Positions 1 through 10,445 of a stretch of DNA of 64,000 nucleotides are shown here, piece after piece. The notes below the pieces were generated by a model. That model did not search any database. It saw only the letters and a program-made list of their open reading frames with translations, and was not told the DNA's origin. The position numbers were made by a program, and so were the translations under genes. This stretch comes from a bacterium (lineage in GTDB: Bacteria > Electryoneota > Electryoneia > Electryoneales > Electryoneaceae): assembly GCA_043801585.1 (NCBI GenBank), contig JAZDLX010000007.1:96108-160107 (forward strand), read 5' to 3'. Within the stretch, counting starts at the first letter, position 1, and each line of letters opens with the position of its first letter.

Positions 1-174
1 ACGGAAAATCGCCTGGCTGTTGCCCGGAAACGGTACAACGATTCGGTGAAGAACTATAACGTGATGCTGCGGAGTTTCCCGCAGAATATCATCGCGGGCA
101 TGTTCGGCTTCGTGAAAAAGGAATTCTTCCAGGCACCTGCAGCATCGCAGGGAACGCCAGAGGTGCAGTTCTGA
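1..174 (+). CDS. lemA: LemA family protein, C-terminal fragment (5' truncated by window)
   Basis: Frame 1 reads TENRLAVARKRYNDSVKNYNVMLRSFPQNIIAGMFGF..EFFQA...PEVQF*, the typical LemA C-terminus; TGA overlaps next ATG. Confidence 0.85.
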   Translation, partial: TENRLAVARKRYNDSVKNYNVMLRSFPQNIIAGMFGFVKKEFFQAPAASQGTPEVQF

Positions 175-962
175 TGATTCCACCCCCCGGACAAACCGGG
201 GTTGTTGCGTTGGTAACGGATTTCGGCATGCAGGACGACTACGTTGGTCAGATGCATGCCGCAATTCTGTCAGTGAACCCGGAACTGCGGATTATCGATC
301 TTTGTCATTTTGTTCCGGCTGGGAACGTCCGGCCCGGAGCGTTCCTTCTCTATCACGATCTCGGGATCCTGCCAGAAGGATCGGCTGTCGGGGCTGTTGT
401 CGATCCCGGGGTCGGGAGCAGGCGGGCTCTTCTGGCTGCGGAGATCGAGAACCGGTATCTCGTGGCTCCGGATAACGGATTGATCGCACCGCTGCTGGAC
501 CGCGATCATCACGCCCGTGTGTATCGCCTGGAAAATCGTGAGTGGGTGCGATCGCAACCGTCCTCGACGTTTCACGGCCGTGACATCATCGGACCCGCTG
601 CGGCGATGCTCGCCTCGGGACACAACGTCGAGGATGCGGGACCTCCGGTGCAGCATTGGGCGTCAATAGCGATTCATCCTGTGGAACAGGAGGATGGTTT
701 CGCGGGTGAAGTGATGTGGGTTGACAGATTTGGAAATCTGATCACCAATCTGACGGCGGATCAGGCCGAGGGTCTGACGTTGTGGATTGATGGACGGCCA
801 ATCAGGCGGGTTTCCACCTTTGTCGACGCTGATTCTGAAGAAATTGTCTACCTGATTGGCAGCAGAAACACTGTCGAAATCGTCCGCAACGGCGATTCGG
901 CTGCTGAGGCTCTTGGTCTTGGACTGGGGGCGGTTGTTCGGCTCGTCAGGGAACCCGTATGA
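174..962 (+). CDS. SAM-dependent chlorinase/fluorinase family (DUF62, SAM hydroxide adenosyltransferase)
   Basis: Motifs LVTDFG, VVDPGVG, APDNG, STFHGRD, VDRFGNLITN. Confidence 0.9.
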   Translation: MIPPPGQTGVVALVTDFGMQDDYVGQMHAAILSVNPELRIIDLCHFVPAGNVRPGAFLLYHDLGILPEGSAVGAVVDPGVGSRRALLAAEIENRYLVAPDNGLIAPLLDRDHHARVYRLENREWVRSQPSSTFHGRDIIGPAAAMLASGHNVEDAGPPVQHWASIAIHPVEQEDGFAGEVMWVDRFGNLITNLTADQAEGLTLWIDGRPIRRVSTFVDADSEEIVYLIGSRNTVEIVRNGDSAAEALGLGLGAVVRLVREPV

Positions 963-1024
963 ACAAGCGTTCCCGGCCGGACAACGTGACCACCTCGAGA
1001 AATCCATCGAGGAAGGGAGACTTC

Positions 1025-2428
1025 ATGAGTGATCGGATACGTCTGGATGTCACCCGGATGTTTGATGATGCAGTAGGTGAAGAATTTGGTGTCAGTGCGG
1101 AAGACCTTGACAAGCATTGGGCGAAGGTCGAAGCCGCACTTCAGGGGCTCGAGGCTCGCCGTAAGGCGGGTGAATTGCCCTTCTATGATCTGCCGCAGGA
1201 AAAGGACACAGTCAAGCGCATCCAGGAATACGCAGATAAGAACAGAAGCAAGTTCCGCAATGTCGTCGTGCTGGGAATCGGCGGAAGTGCGCTGGGGTCG
1301 ATCGCCCTCCAGGAAGCGCTCAAACCAACGCTCTGGAACGAACGTTCCGATATGGATCGTGACGCTCCCCGTCTATTCGTCCCGGACAATCCGGATCCCG
1401 AGTATCTGGGTGCGGTCATGGACATTTGCGATCCGGCGGAAACGCTCTACAACGTGATCACAAAATCCGGGAGCACTGCTGAGACGATAGCCGCCTTCGG
1501 AGCGCTTCTTGGACCCCTGAAAGAGGCAGTGGGCAACGATTTCCGTGACCACATTGTCTTTACGACCGATCCGGCCAAGGGAGCACTTCGCCAGACAGCC
1601 CGGGAGGAGGGCATCACGACCTTCTCGATTCCATCGGGAGTCGGAGGAAGGTTCAGTGTACTGACTCCTGTCGGACTACTCCCCGCGGCGCTCATCGGAA
1701 TCGATCTGGATGAGCTGCTTGGTGGAGCTGCGGAGCAGCGTGAGAAAGTATTCAACAGGGAGTTCGACAGGAATCCCAGTGCCGCGTTTGCGCTTTTGCA
1801 GTTTCTTGCGCACACGCAGCGCGGTCAGAAGATCCATGTGATGATGCCCTATTCGAACGCCCTTTATCGGACAGCCGACTGGTTCCGGCAACTTTGGGCG
1901 GAATCCCTCGGCAAAAAGAACAACCTGAAGGGCGAAACGGTCAACCAGGGACCGACACCGGTGGCGGCGCTTGGTGCGACGGATCAGCACAGCCAGGCCC
2001 AGCTTTACGTCGAAGGACCGAACGACAAAACCTTCACTTTCATCTTCCCGCAGAGCTACCGCCGGAAAGTGACAGTTGGGAAACATTTTCCCGACATCGA
2101 GACGATCGATTATCTGTCCGGGGAGGATATTGGCGATCTGCTGAGGGCGGAGGGAGAAGCCACGCAACGGGCATTGACCGCCGCTCACCGTCCCAACATG
2201 GCGTTTCTGCTTGAGGAAATTGCTCCGGATACCGTTGGCGGCCTGATGTACCTTCTTGAGGCGGCCACATTGGTGGCTGGAGCGCTCTATGAGGTGAATC
2301 CTCTTGATCAGCCTGGGGTCGAGGCAGGCAAGGAAGCGACCTATGCACTGATGGGCCGTGCGGGTTACGAAGACATCGCGGCGGATATTGAACGTGAACG
2401 AAAGCGATCGTCTCGTATCGTTTCGTGA
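1025..2428 (+). CDS. pgi: Glucose-6-phosphate isomerase
   Basis: GIGGSALG, TKSGSTAET, VGGRFSV, QLWAESLGK, DQHSQ, DQPGVEAGK; start moved to ATG 1025 after GGAG RBS. Confidence 0.95.
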   Translation: MSDRIRLDVTRMFDDAVGEEFGVSAEDLDKHWAKVEAALQGLEARRKAGELPFYDLPQEKDTVKRIQEYADKNRSKFRNVVVLGIGGSALGSIALQEALKPTLWNERSDMDRDAPRLFVPDNPDPEYLGAVMDICDPAETLYNVITKSGSTAETIAAFGALLGPLKEAVGNDFRDHIVFTTDPAKGALRQTAREEGITTFSIPSGVGGRFSVLTPVGLLPAALIGIDLDELLGGAAEQREKVFNREFDRNPSAAFALLQFLAHTQRGQKIHVMMPYSNALYRTADWFRQLWAESLGKKNNLKGETVNQGPTPVAALGATDQHSQAQLYVEGPNDKTFTFIFPQSYRRKVTVGKHFPDIETIDYLSGEDIGDLLRAEGEATQRALTAAHRPNMAFLLEEIAPDTVGGLMYLLEAATLVAGALYEVNPLDQPGVEAGKEATYALMGRAGYEDIAADIERERKRSSRIVS

Positions 2429-2443
2429 AATTGGAAGGTCATT

Positions 2444-3484
2444 ATGAGCCGGCAAGAGACATGGCCAGCCGGAATGGAGATCACACACCAGGGAGAAACC
2501 TGCAACCATGCGCTGGTGATTCAATCGGGAACCGTGCGCCTGTCCCGCCAGGTGGGTGCCAATAAAGTTCCGATCGCTTTGCTGGGTCCAGGTGACATTC
2601 TCTCCGCGGAGTGCCTTTTCAATGACCCTCCGCTGAATTACAATGCGGTCGCAGTCGATGATACAGAGGGAGTTTCGGTAACTCTCGATGACTATCGGGA
2701 CGCTGTCGAGCAGAATTCCGAATGGTTGCAGCGAATCATCCGCAACGGAATGGAACGCGAACGTGTCGCTGAACGGCCTGTCCGTTCGAGCCTGTCGACT
2801 CTCTATGGAATCGGCATTCTCCTCTACACCTTCCTCAGGTTGAAAACGGAAGAAGAGGACTTGATACCACGGATGTCGCTCGCGTCGCTGCTCGATGAAC
2901 TGATCAACACCCTGCCGCTTTCCCGAGGATTTATCCATCCGGTGCTGAATGGCCTTTCGCACGTGGGACTTGTGGATCTGAAACTCTCTGACCCTTATTC
3001 GCAGTCCATCGAGCTGCCTAACGAATCCCTGCTGCTGGGATTTCTCAATTTCATTCAGCGTGCTTCGGACATGCACAGCGGATTGTTGACTGGATCGGGG
3101 ATGCCGATGCCTGCGGAACTGTCCGGTCCTACTTCCGATCTGCTTGACCATTTCCTGACGATGCCAGAGTACTCCGAACGCCTGTTCAATCCCAGTCGCG
3201 CACTGGTTCATCTTCAAATGGATAAGATTCTCGAAAACATTCGTGAAACCCGGGGTGATCAATTTGATCTGGAAAAAGCGTTTTCCGGACTCGAAAAGTG
3301 GAGCGTTGTCAAACGGATGAAGGATGGAGGCCAGACGTCGGTTTTCCTTGATCTTCGGGCAATGCTTCGGTTGAACATTCTGCGGGATCCTGAGGCCAAC
3401 TACATCGACATCATCGAATTCCTGCTCGGACTTATGTACGAATCCCGTTTTCCCCAACCCCGGTCGGTTCCGAATCAGGTGTAA
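2444..3484 (+). CDS. Protein with N-terminal cyclic-nucleotide-binding-like (Crp-type) domain
   Basis: ITHQGE..LVIQSGTVRLSR..IALLGPGDILSAE resembles a cNMP beta-barrel; C-terminal part not recognised. Confidence 0.6.
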   Translation: MSRQETWPAGMEITHQGETCNHALVIQSGTVRLSRQVGANKVPIALLGPGDILSAECLFNDPPLNYNAVAVDDTEGVSVTLDDYRDAVEQNSEWLQRIIRNGMERERVAERPVRSSLSTLYGIGILLYTFLRLKTEEEDLIPRMSLASLLDELINTLPLSRGFIHPVLNGLSHVGLVDLKLSDPYSQSIELPNESLLLGFLNFIQRASDMHSGLLTGSGMPMPAELSGPTSDLLDHFLTMPEYSERLFNPSRALVHLQMDKILENIRETRGDQFDLEKAFSGLEKWSVVKRMKDGGQTSVFLDLRAMLRLNILRDPEANYIDIIEFLLGLMYESRFPQPRSVPNQV

Positions 3485-3599
3485 TTTCCTTTCCTACTTG
3501 CGTGGTGATGAAGATTCATTGCAGGGTTTGAAACAGGGACGTATATTCCGCTTCCCAAAAGGGAACTCGCGACGGCTGATACGCACGGGAGTCTGCCGG

Positions 3600-5006
3600 A
3601 TGGCCCTTGAGACGTTGAAAGAGTACTGCGGTGTGATGGCGGTCTGGAACGCAGAAAATGCGGCAGAACTGGCCTACCACGGCCTGTACTCCCTGCAACA
3701 CCGCGGTCAGGAATCCGCGGGCATTGTCAGTACCGACGGTGACCATTTCTACCGGCGTCTCGGAATGGGAACACTCACCCAGGTCTTCGATTCCCCGGAA
3801 CTGCTCCATGAACTCCACGGCAACACCGCCATCGGGCACAATCGCTACTCTACAACAGGTTCCAACTCCCAGTTGAACATCCAGCCGCTTTCCGCGGTGC
3901 TCCGTGACGGCCCAGTGGCAATTGGTCACAACGGGAATCTGGTCAACACGCGAAAACTGCGAAAAGCCCTGCAGGAAGATGGCGCAATCTTCCAGAGCAC
4001 CACCGACAGCGAGATCCTGATTCATTTGATGGCCCGGTCCCGTAAGGAAAAACTCCTTGACCGATTCCTTGAGGCGCTGGGGAAGGTCGAAGGTGCGTAC
4101 TCGCTGGTGATGATGTCCCGTGACGCCATCTACGCCGTGCGTGACCCTCATGGCTGGCGTCCGCTGGTCATCGGCAAGAAGGGAGATTCCTATGTCGTCG
4201 CCTCCGAATCCTGCGCGTTGGATCTGCTTGGCTATGAACTGATGCGGGACATCAAGCCGGGGGAACTTGTTGTTCTGGACCAGGAGGGGATGCACTCCAT
4301 TCAGTACGCGAAAGCCGACCGGACTCATTTCTGCATTTTCGAACTGATCTACTTTTCCCGTCCCGACAGCCGGACGCTCGGCGACAGTGTTGACAAATTC
4401 CGCCGCAAGATGGGCAAGAACCTTGCGGTGGAGCACCCTGCGGATGTGGACATCGTCATCAGCGTTCCGGACAGTTCAAACACCGCGGCGTTGGGGTTCA
4501 GCCAACGAAGCGACGCAAAATTCGAGATGGGACTGATCCGAAACCACTACATCGGCCGCACCTTCATCCAGCCGACGAATGCCATGCGTGAGATGGGTGT
4601 CAAGCTGAAATTCAACCCGGTCGCTGGTGTACTGAAAGACCGCAGAGTTGTTGTCGTCGAGGACAGCATCGTTCGCGGGACAACCCTCCGGAAGCTCACC
4701 GAGCTGATCCGCGGAGCGGGGGCGAAGGAGGTTCACGTTCGCGTCTCGTGCCCGCCCATCCGGTTTCCCTGCTATTACGGGATGGATTTCCCTTCGCGGG
4801 AGGAGCTGATTGCGAACAATCACACCATCGAGGAGATTCGCGAGATCATCGATGTCGACTCTCTCGGGTACCTTTCTGTGGAAAAGTTGCTTGAAAGTGT
4901 ACCGAATGAAAGTGGCCAGGGATACTGTACCGCATGTTTCACTGGTCACTATCCCATTCCTCCGGACGGGGACGAGGAGACGGGAACGAAGGAGCGTTAT
5001 TCTTGA
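3600..5006 (+). CDS. purF: Amidophosphoribosyltransferase
   Basis: Short propeptide then CG; LQHRGQESAG, GHNRYST, HNGN, SRPDS, VEDSIVRGTT; Fe-S Cys motifs FCIFE, PCYYG, YCTACF. Confidence 0.96.
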   Translation: MALETLKEYCGVMAVWNAENAAELAYHGLYSLQHRGQESAGIVSTDGDHFYRRLGMGTLTQVFDSPELLHELHGNTAIGHNRYSTTGSNSQLNIQPLSAVLRDGPVAIGHNGNLVNTRKLRKALQEDGAIFQSTTDSEILIHLMARSRKEKLLDRFLEALGKVEGAYSLVMMSRDAIYAVRDPHGWRPLVIGKKGDSYVVASESCALDLLGYELMRDIKPGELVVLDQEGMHSIQYAKADRTHFCIFELIYFSRPDSRTLGDSVDKFRRKMGKNLAVEHPADVDIVISVPDSSNTAALGFSQRSDAKFEMGLIRNHYIGRTFIQPTNAMREMGVKLKFNPVAGVLKDRRVVVVEDSIVRGTTLRKLTELIRGAGAKEVHVRVSCPPIRFPCYYGMDFPSREELIANNHTIEEIREIIDVDSLGYLSVEKLLESVPNESGQGYCTACFTGHYPIPPDGDEETGTKERYS

Positions 5007-5082
5007 TTATATTTAAAGATCACTGGTGGAACAACGCCCCGGAACCTCGCAGGACCGGGCGTTTTCGTATGAAGGAGTCGTG

Positions 5083-5754
5083 ATGGTAATACGTTTCCGT
5101 GATCCGGAAAGACGCAAAATCAGCCAGGAACAGAAACGGCGCCATGTCCACCATCCAGGGGTGCGGCTGTCCGACCTTCGTCTGTTGCCGAACATCCTGA
5201 CGCTGTCCCGTCTTCTGTTCATCCTTCCGGCAGTGCTGATCATCAGCCGCTCGGAGGGGAGCAATCAGGACATTGTGGCGGGGATTCTGCTCATGTGCGG
5301 TTTCATCACCGACATGTTCGACGGGATCATCGCCCGCACCTTCAAAATGACCAGCGACCTGGGAAAAATCCTCGATCCGCTGGTTGACAAGGTTGTTGTT
5401 ATTTCGACAGCCGCCGCGCTAACCTTCTCCTCGCACGAACCGCAGTTCCCGATTTGGTTGTTCGGCGCCATCCTTGTGCGGGACGGCATGATTTTTGTCC
5501 TCGCAACGCGTGCACTGCGTGAGGATCATCATCTCTTTGTCAGTTCATGGACGGGGAAAGCCACCACCTTTGCCACGGCCATGACGCTGATGATTTTCCT
5601 GTTGGATCAGTACCTGATCCCGGAAATCATGATCGTGGCTCCCTGGGTCGTCCTCGGTCTGCTGACGCTTTCGAGCGTTGATTACCTTGAAAGGTACTGG
5701 TCAGTGCGCCATAAACGGTTTCTTTCAGACGATCAAGGTCAGGAAGCGCAATGA
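5083..5754 (+). CDS. CDP-alcohol phosphatidyltransferase (PgsA-like)
   Basis: PNILTLSR and DMFDGIIAR...S.LGKILDPLVDK signature; GAAGGAG RBS before start. Confidence 0.85.
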   Translation: MVIRFRDPERRKISQEQKRRHVHHPGVRLSDLRLLPNILTLSRLLFILPAVLIISRSEGSNQDIVAGILLMCGFITDMFDGIIARTFKMTSDLGKILDPLVDKVVVISTAAALTFSSHEPQFPIWLFGAILVRDGMIFVLATRALREDHHLFVSSWTGKATTFATAMTLMIFLLDQYLIPEIMIVAPWVVLGLLTLSSVDYLERYWSVRHKRFLSDDQGQEAQ

Positions 5755-7157
5755 GTTTTACGATCTACGACACCTTTCAGCGGCGGCAGATACCGTTTGA
5801 ACCGATGACACCCGGTGTCGTCAAGATGTACAATTGCGGCCCTACCGTCTACAACCTCGCCCACATCGGAAACTACCGTGCTTTCCTCTTTGCCGATCTG
5901 TTGCGCCGGTGGCTCGAGGTCAGCGGGTATGCGGTGGAACAGGTGATGAACATTACCGATGTGGACGATAAAACGATTCAAAAAAGCCGTGAGGAAGGGC
6001 TCACGCTGAAACAAGTCACGGATCGCTACATCAAGGTTTTCTTCGACGAACTCAAACAGCTGAATATTCTTCCGGCGAAAGTGTATCCCCGCGCCACCGA
6101 TCATATCGCCGAGATGGTCGACCTGATCCGGTCTCTCCTTGAAAAAGGGCATGCTTATAAGGGGCCGGACGGTTCCATCTATTTCCGCGTTGAAAGTTAT
6201 CCAGAGTACGGAAGCCTGTCGGGAAAACGGCTTGAAGACCTTCGTATCGGCGACCGTGTATCCAGCGACGAATACGAATCCAAGGAAGATGTACGGGATT
6301 TTGCGCTCTGGAAAGCCTGGGACAGGGAAGACGGGGAAGTTGTCTGGGATACTGAAGTCGGCAAAGGGAGACCGGGATGGCATATCGAGTGCTCCGCCAT
6401 GTCCCGCAAGCATCTCGGCGAAGAATTCGACATCCACACCGGCGGAGTCGACAACATCTTTCCGCATCATGAGAACGAGATCGCCCAGAGCCGCTGCGCC
6501 ACCGGCTCGCGGTTTGCCCATCACTGGATGCATTGCAACTACCTGATCATCGAAGGAAAGAAGATGTCGAAGTCGCTCGGCAACTACTACACCTTCCGGG
6601 ATCTGATCGATCAGGAGTGGCGGGCACGGGAAATTCGCTACGTCCTCGTTGCCACTCATTACCGGGCACAGTTGAACTTCACCCTCGAAGGGCTTGGTGC
6701 TGCTAGAGCGGCGCTCGCACGGCTGGATGAGTTCAGGGATTCGTGGAGACCGGCGCGTGAAGATGACGTTTCGGCTGAGATCCGGGAAATCCATGAGCAG
6801 GCCAATCGTGGCTTTGATGCGGCGATGGACGATGATTTAAACGTCTCCGCCGCCCTCGCGTCGGTGTTTCAACTGGTACGTGAAGTAAACGCTCAAAATA
6901 CTCTCAATGGACTGACTTCCGGTGATGTGAAACTCCTTGAAAAAACGTGGGATCGGTGGGACCATGCTCTGGGTGTATTCAAACCGGAGGTGGATAAGGA
7001 TGAAGATTCCGAGTGGATTGAACGGAAGATAGAGGAGAGGCGAATAGCGCGTGAAAGGAAGGATTGGGGTGCCGCCGACCGGATTCGAGATGAACTGCTC
7101 TCTCAAGGAATTCAATTGAAAGATGGAGCTGATGGAACGACCTGGAGACGCACCTGA
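5751..7157 (+). CDS. cysS: Cysteine--tRNA ligase
   Basis: YNCGPTVY, HIGN, DFALWK, GRPGWHIECS, FPHHENE, KMSKS. Confidence 0.97.
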   Translation: MSFTIYDTFQRRQIPFEPMTPGVVKMYNCGPTVYNLAHIGNYRAFLFADLLRRWLEVSGYAVEQVMNITDVDDKTIQKSREEGLTLKQVTDRYIKVFFDELKQLNILPAKVYPRATDHIAEMVDLIRSLLEKGHAYKGPDGSIYFRVESYPEYGSLSGKRLEDLRIGDRVSSDEYESKEDVRDFALWKAWDREDGEVVWDTEVGKGRPGWHIECSAMSRKHLGEEFDIHTGGVDNIFPHHENEIAQSRCATGSRFAHHWMHCNYLIIEGKKMSKSLGNYYTFRDLIDQEWRAREIRYVLVATHYRAQLNFTLEGLGAARAALARLDEFRDSWRPAREDDVSAEIREIHEQANRGFDAAMDDDLNVSAALASVFQLVREVNAQNTLNGLTSGDVKLLEKTWDRWDHALGVFKPEVDKDEDSEWIERKIEERRIARERKDWGAADRIRDELLSQGIQLKDGADGTTWRRT

Positions 7158-8140
7158 TGTCCCGCAACGTGTGGTCATCGGGGAGAAAGTCTTTAGCGTT
7201 GGCGGCAGGGATCCTGCTGATGGCAGGGACAAATTCCTTCGCGTTGCAGCCTGCGGTGGGCGACAGCCTGTCCCGCATTCCCGCTGGCGACCTCGACTCC
7301 CGGCTGCGAGTTTCCACCCCTGATACGGAGATTGCACTTCAGTCGAATGTGATATCCACCGGACCAAAATCTCCCGCCGTTCCGGATTACACCACTCAAA
7401 CCTTCCGACATCTGCCTTTTGGAGTCGGGGAACGACTGCGCTATCATCTTAATTTTTCTTTTGTTCAGGCTGGAAGCAGCGAGATGGCGATCGTCTCGAT
7501 TGACACCTCCACCAGCCAGCCATCCTTTCACTTTCGCAGCCGGGCGCACAGCACATCGACCATTGACCTTGTTTTCAAAGTCCGCGATCAGGTGGACTCC
7601 TGGTTCGATATCAACAGCCTCTACTCACACCGGTACGAGCGGCGAATCCGGGAGGGTGGTTATAAATCATTGAAATTCTACGATTACGATCATAAAACGG
7701 GGTGGGTATCGATCTCAAATGAGAATGGACCCAAAGGTGCGACCCCCTTCGAACCATTCAGCCACAACATCATCTCCGCCCTGTACTGGGTCCGCACGCA
7801 GCCGTTGCAGGCCGGTGTCGATCTCCATCTGCCCCTGCACGATTTGAACCTGCAATACCCGTTGACCGTCAAGGTGTACGGAAAGGAAAAAGTGAAAGTT
7901 CCGGCGGGCGAGTGGACCTGCTGGAAAGTTGAACCAGTCATTGAATCCGAGGGATTGTTCGAAATGACCGGGAGGCTGATTGTCTGGCTGACAGATGATG
8001 AACTGCGTCTTCCCGTCAAGATGAGCAGCATGATTTCCGTTGGTTCCATCGAAGGAGTTCTTGTGAACTATCGCCTTGGAAAGGAATACACACCCGAAAA
8101 CGCCCCAGATTACAACAAAGAGTTGGATTGGGATTGGTAA
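7157..8140 (+). CDS. DUF3108-family exported protein
   Basis: Signal peptide; PFGVGERLRY, FKVRD, EKVKVPAGEW.CWKV, VWLTDDE.RLPVK. Confidence 0.75.
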   Translation: MSRNVWSSGRKSLALAAGILLMAGTNSFALQPAVGDSLSRIPAGDLDSRLRVSTPDTEIALQSNVISTGPKSPAVPDYTTQTFRHLPFGVGERLRYHLNFSFVQAGSSEMAIVSIDTSTSQPSFHFRSRAHSTSTIDLVFKVRDQVDSWFDINSLYSHRYERRIREGGYKSLKFYDYDHKTGWVSISNENGPKGATPFEPFSHNIISALYWVRTQPLQAGVDLHLPLHDLNLQYPLTVKVYGKEKVKVPAGEWTCWKVEPVIESEGLFEMTGRLIVWLTDDELRLPVKMSSMISVGSIEGVLVNYRLGKEYTPENAPDYNKELDWDW

Positions 8141-8232
8141 AACAAAGAGTTAGCTTTGAGCCCTCGAACTCCGGTGGTACGAGAATCTACCCGTGAACAA
8201 TCTGTGTACGGTACCTTGTGGAGCTTATGCGA

Positions 8233-8259
8233 CGTAACCTTTTTCCAACTCCTGCCGTC
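8233..8259 (+). promoter_or_regulatory. Putative ECF sigma factor promoter
   Basis: cGTAAC-N17-CGTC, 36 nt upstream of the DUF4097 gene start. Confidence 0.45.
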
Positions 8260-8295
8260 CCAAGGACGAAGCCAGAAAGGCTTTGGAGGAAGCGC

Positions 8296-9555
8296 ATGAT
8301 ACGGCCAATTGTCACATCCCTGATGGTGTTGCTGGCGCTGGAAGCTTCCGCCCTGGCGGGATCCCCTGAAGTGAAGTGGGAAAAGAGGGGAAGCCGATGG
8401 GAGGCTGAAGTGACCCACAGCCTGCAAGGCGCTTCATTCAAGAAATTGAATGTCAGCGGGTTTACGGGAAATGTCACGGTCACAGGCAACACCAAGGATG
8501 CGGAATTGGTCATACGCTGTGTGATGGAGCGTGGTCTTTCCCGCGAAGAAGCTGAAGAAGTACTTAAGAAAATCCTTCCCCAGGTCAAGATCAGCAGCCG
8601 TGAGGTAGAGGTTCAAAGCTCCCGACGGTATGTGTGGGGCACTCCGGATGCAAACCTGTCACTGAATGCGAGGATTCCGATTGCTACGGACCTGTACCTG
8701 AAAGTTTCCGCGGGGGACGCGGACGTCAGCAACCTGAAGGGGACGATCAATTGTGTTCTTTCCGGCGGATCGGTCGATCTGTCGAATGTGGAGGGCAATT
8801 TGTCCACCGCTGTTTCCGGTGGCGATCTGACATTCAATGACGTGCGTGGTGAGCTTTCAGCGGCTACGTCCGGTGGGGATATCAAGTTGGAGAAGTATTC
8901 CGGCACGGCGGATGTTACAACGTCCGGTGGCAATATCTCGATTCGGCGTGTCAAGGGTACGCTGACAGCAACAACTTCAGGCGGCGACATTCAAGCCATC
9001 GGCATCAGTGGTGATAAAGTGATCTTGACGAGTTCGGGCGGTGATCTGGATCTCGAGGACATCGCAGTGACCAGGCATGCGGAACTCGAAACCTCCGGCG
9101 GTAGCATTGGCCTCAGGAATTCTTCCGGCACGATGAGAGTGTCGTCGTCGGGTGGAGATGTTGATCTTCAAAAGCACGAGGGTGAAATCGAGATCAACGC
9201 CAACTCCGGGGATGTTGTGCTGAAGGAAGTACGGGGAAGTGTGACGGCGAATGTGGGAAGCGGAGATATTCAGGTATGGCTGGTTGAAGGGTTGGGATCT
9301 TCCGATCGGGTTGAACTTTGGACCAATGATGGATCTCTGGAATTGCACATTCCGTCCACAATGGGTGCCTACATCGAAGCCTCTGTGGAGATCTACAGCG
9401 ACAGCGACAAAAGGGACCGAATCGAATCCGATTTTCCGTTGAAATACAAGCATGCCAAACGGGGTGAACTGCGTGCATCGGGTGAGATCAACGGCGGTGG
9501 TATTCCGATTCTGCTGACCGTCGGCAACGGATACATCCGTATCCGATCACAATGA
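8296..9555 (+). CDS. DUF4097 family beta-strand repeat (adhesin-like) exported protein
   Basis: Signal peptide; many TSGGDI/SGGSV repeats; GGAGG RBS before ATG 8296. Confidence 0.8.
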   Translation: MIRPIVTSLMVLLALEASALAGSPEVKWEKRGSRWEAEVTHSLQGASFKKLNVSGFTGNVTVTGNTKDAELVIRCVMERGLSREEAEEVLKKILPQVKISSREVEVQSSRRYVWGTPDANLSLNARIPIATDLYLKVSAGDADVSNLKGTINCVLSGGSVDLSNVEGNLSTAVSGGDLTFNDVRGELSAATSGGDIKLEKYSGTADVTTSGGNISIRRVKGTLTATTSGGDIQAIGISGDKVILTSSGGDLDLEDIAVTRHAELETSGGSIGLRNSSGTMRVSSSGGDVDLQKHEGEIEINANSGDVVLKEVRGSVTANVGSGDIQVWLVEGLGSSDRVELWTNDGSLELHIPSTMGAYIEASVEIYSDSDKRDRIESDFPLKYKHAKRGELRASGEINGGGIPILLTVGNGYIRIRSQ

Positions 9556-9578
9556 TTGAGGGCCGAAGGAGGACGAAG

Positions 9579-10445
9579 ATGAAGAGGTTTCGTGCCGGTG
9601 TTCTGCTTGCCGGGATTCTGTTCACGGGTGCTGTGCTGGCCGCAGGGCCTCTTGAATCCTACGAGAAGAGTGCACCTCTCGAAGACACGAAAGAGTCCGA
9701 CGTACGGATCAACCTCGGCCTTGCTCGGATCGATCTACTCGCCGGCGACAAAGATGAGTTGATCAGTATTTCCGGAGAGTACAACCCAGTGGATTCGGAT
9801 CCCAGACTCCAGGTTGACAGGAGAGGGGATCGAACCGTGGTGACGTTCAAGAACCAGAATGATCGGAGATCGTACAGACACGGAAACCGTAATCGCGATT
9901 TCAAAAACGAGGATCGTTATCGGATCAGGCTTAGCACGATTCCACTGACAGATCTTTCGGTTGACGTCGGATTTGGCGAATACGAGTTGAATCTCGATCG
10001 GCTTCGACTGGATAACATTGAGTTGAACTCGGGATTTTCCGAAATGCGTGTAAGCCTGGATTCACCGAACAAGGAGCGCGCCTCCCGAGTGAGCATCAAG
10101 AGCGGCCTCGGCGAGTTGAAAACCGACCATTTTGGATTTCTTTACTTCGACAGGCTGAAAGTTGAAGGAGGTTTGGGAGACCTGAAGCTTGATCTTCGAG
10201 GCTTTGAAGGGGATGGAGTCGTGGACCTGAACATTGGGCTCGGAAGCTGCCATATCACTGTCCCCGAGGATGTTGATGTCCGAATTTATTATAGTGGTAA
10301 TTTTTTATCATCCATTGATTTAAATGGATTTAACAAGGTCTCACGGACGGAATATGAAAGCAAGGGTTTTGGGAATTCGAAGTCGACGCTTGAAATCGAC
10401 GCATCCGTGGGTATGGGAAACCTGACGGTTGAGCGCAGGCGATAG
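9579..10445 (+). CDS. LiaF/DUF2154-related toast-rack exported protein
   Basis: Signal peptide; repeats GLGEL, GGLGDLKLDL, IGLGSC.ITVP, VGMGNL. Confidence 0.65.
   Translation: MKRFRAGVLLAGILFTGAVLAAGPLESYEKSAPLEDTKESDVRINLGLARIDLLAGDKDELISISGEYNPVDSDPRLQVDRRGDRTVVTFKNQNDRRSYRHGNRNRDFKNEDRYRIRLSTIPLTDLSVDVGFGEYELNLDRLRLDNIELNSGFSEMRVSLDSPNKERASRVSIKSGLGELKTDHFGFLYFDRLKVEGGLGDLKLDLRGFEGDGVVDLNIGLGSCHITVPEDVDVRIYYSGNFLSSIDLNGFNKVSRTEYESKGFGNSKSTLEIDASVGMGNLTVERRR

Noticed and set aside
1676..3457. 593-aa minus-strand ORF
   Set aside because: Antisense shadow of pgi and the next gene; no motifs
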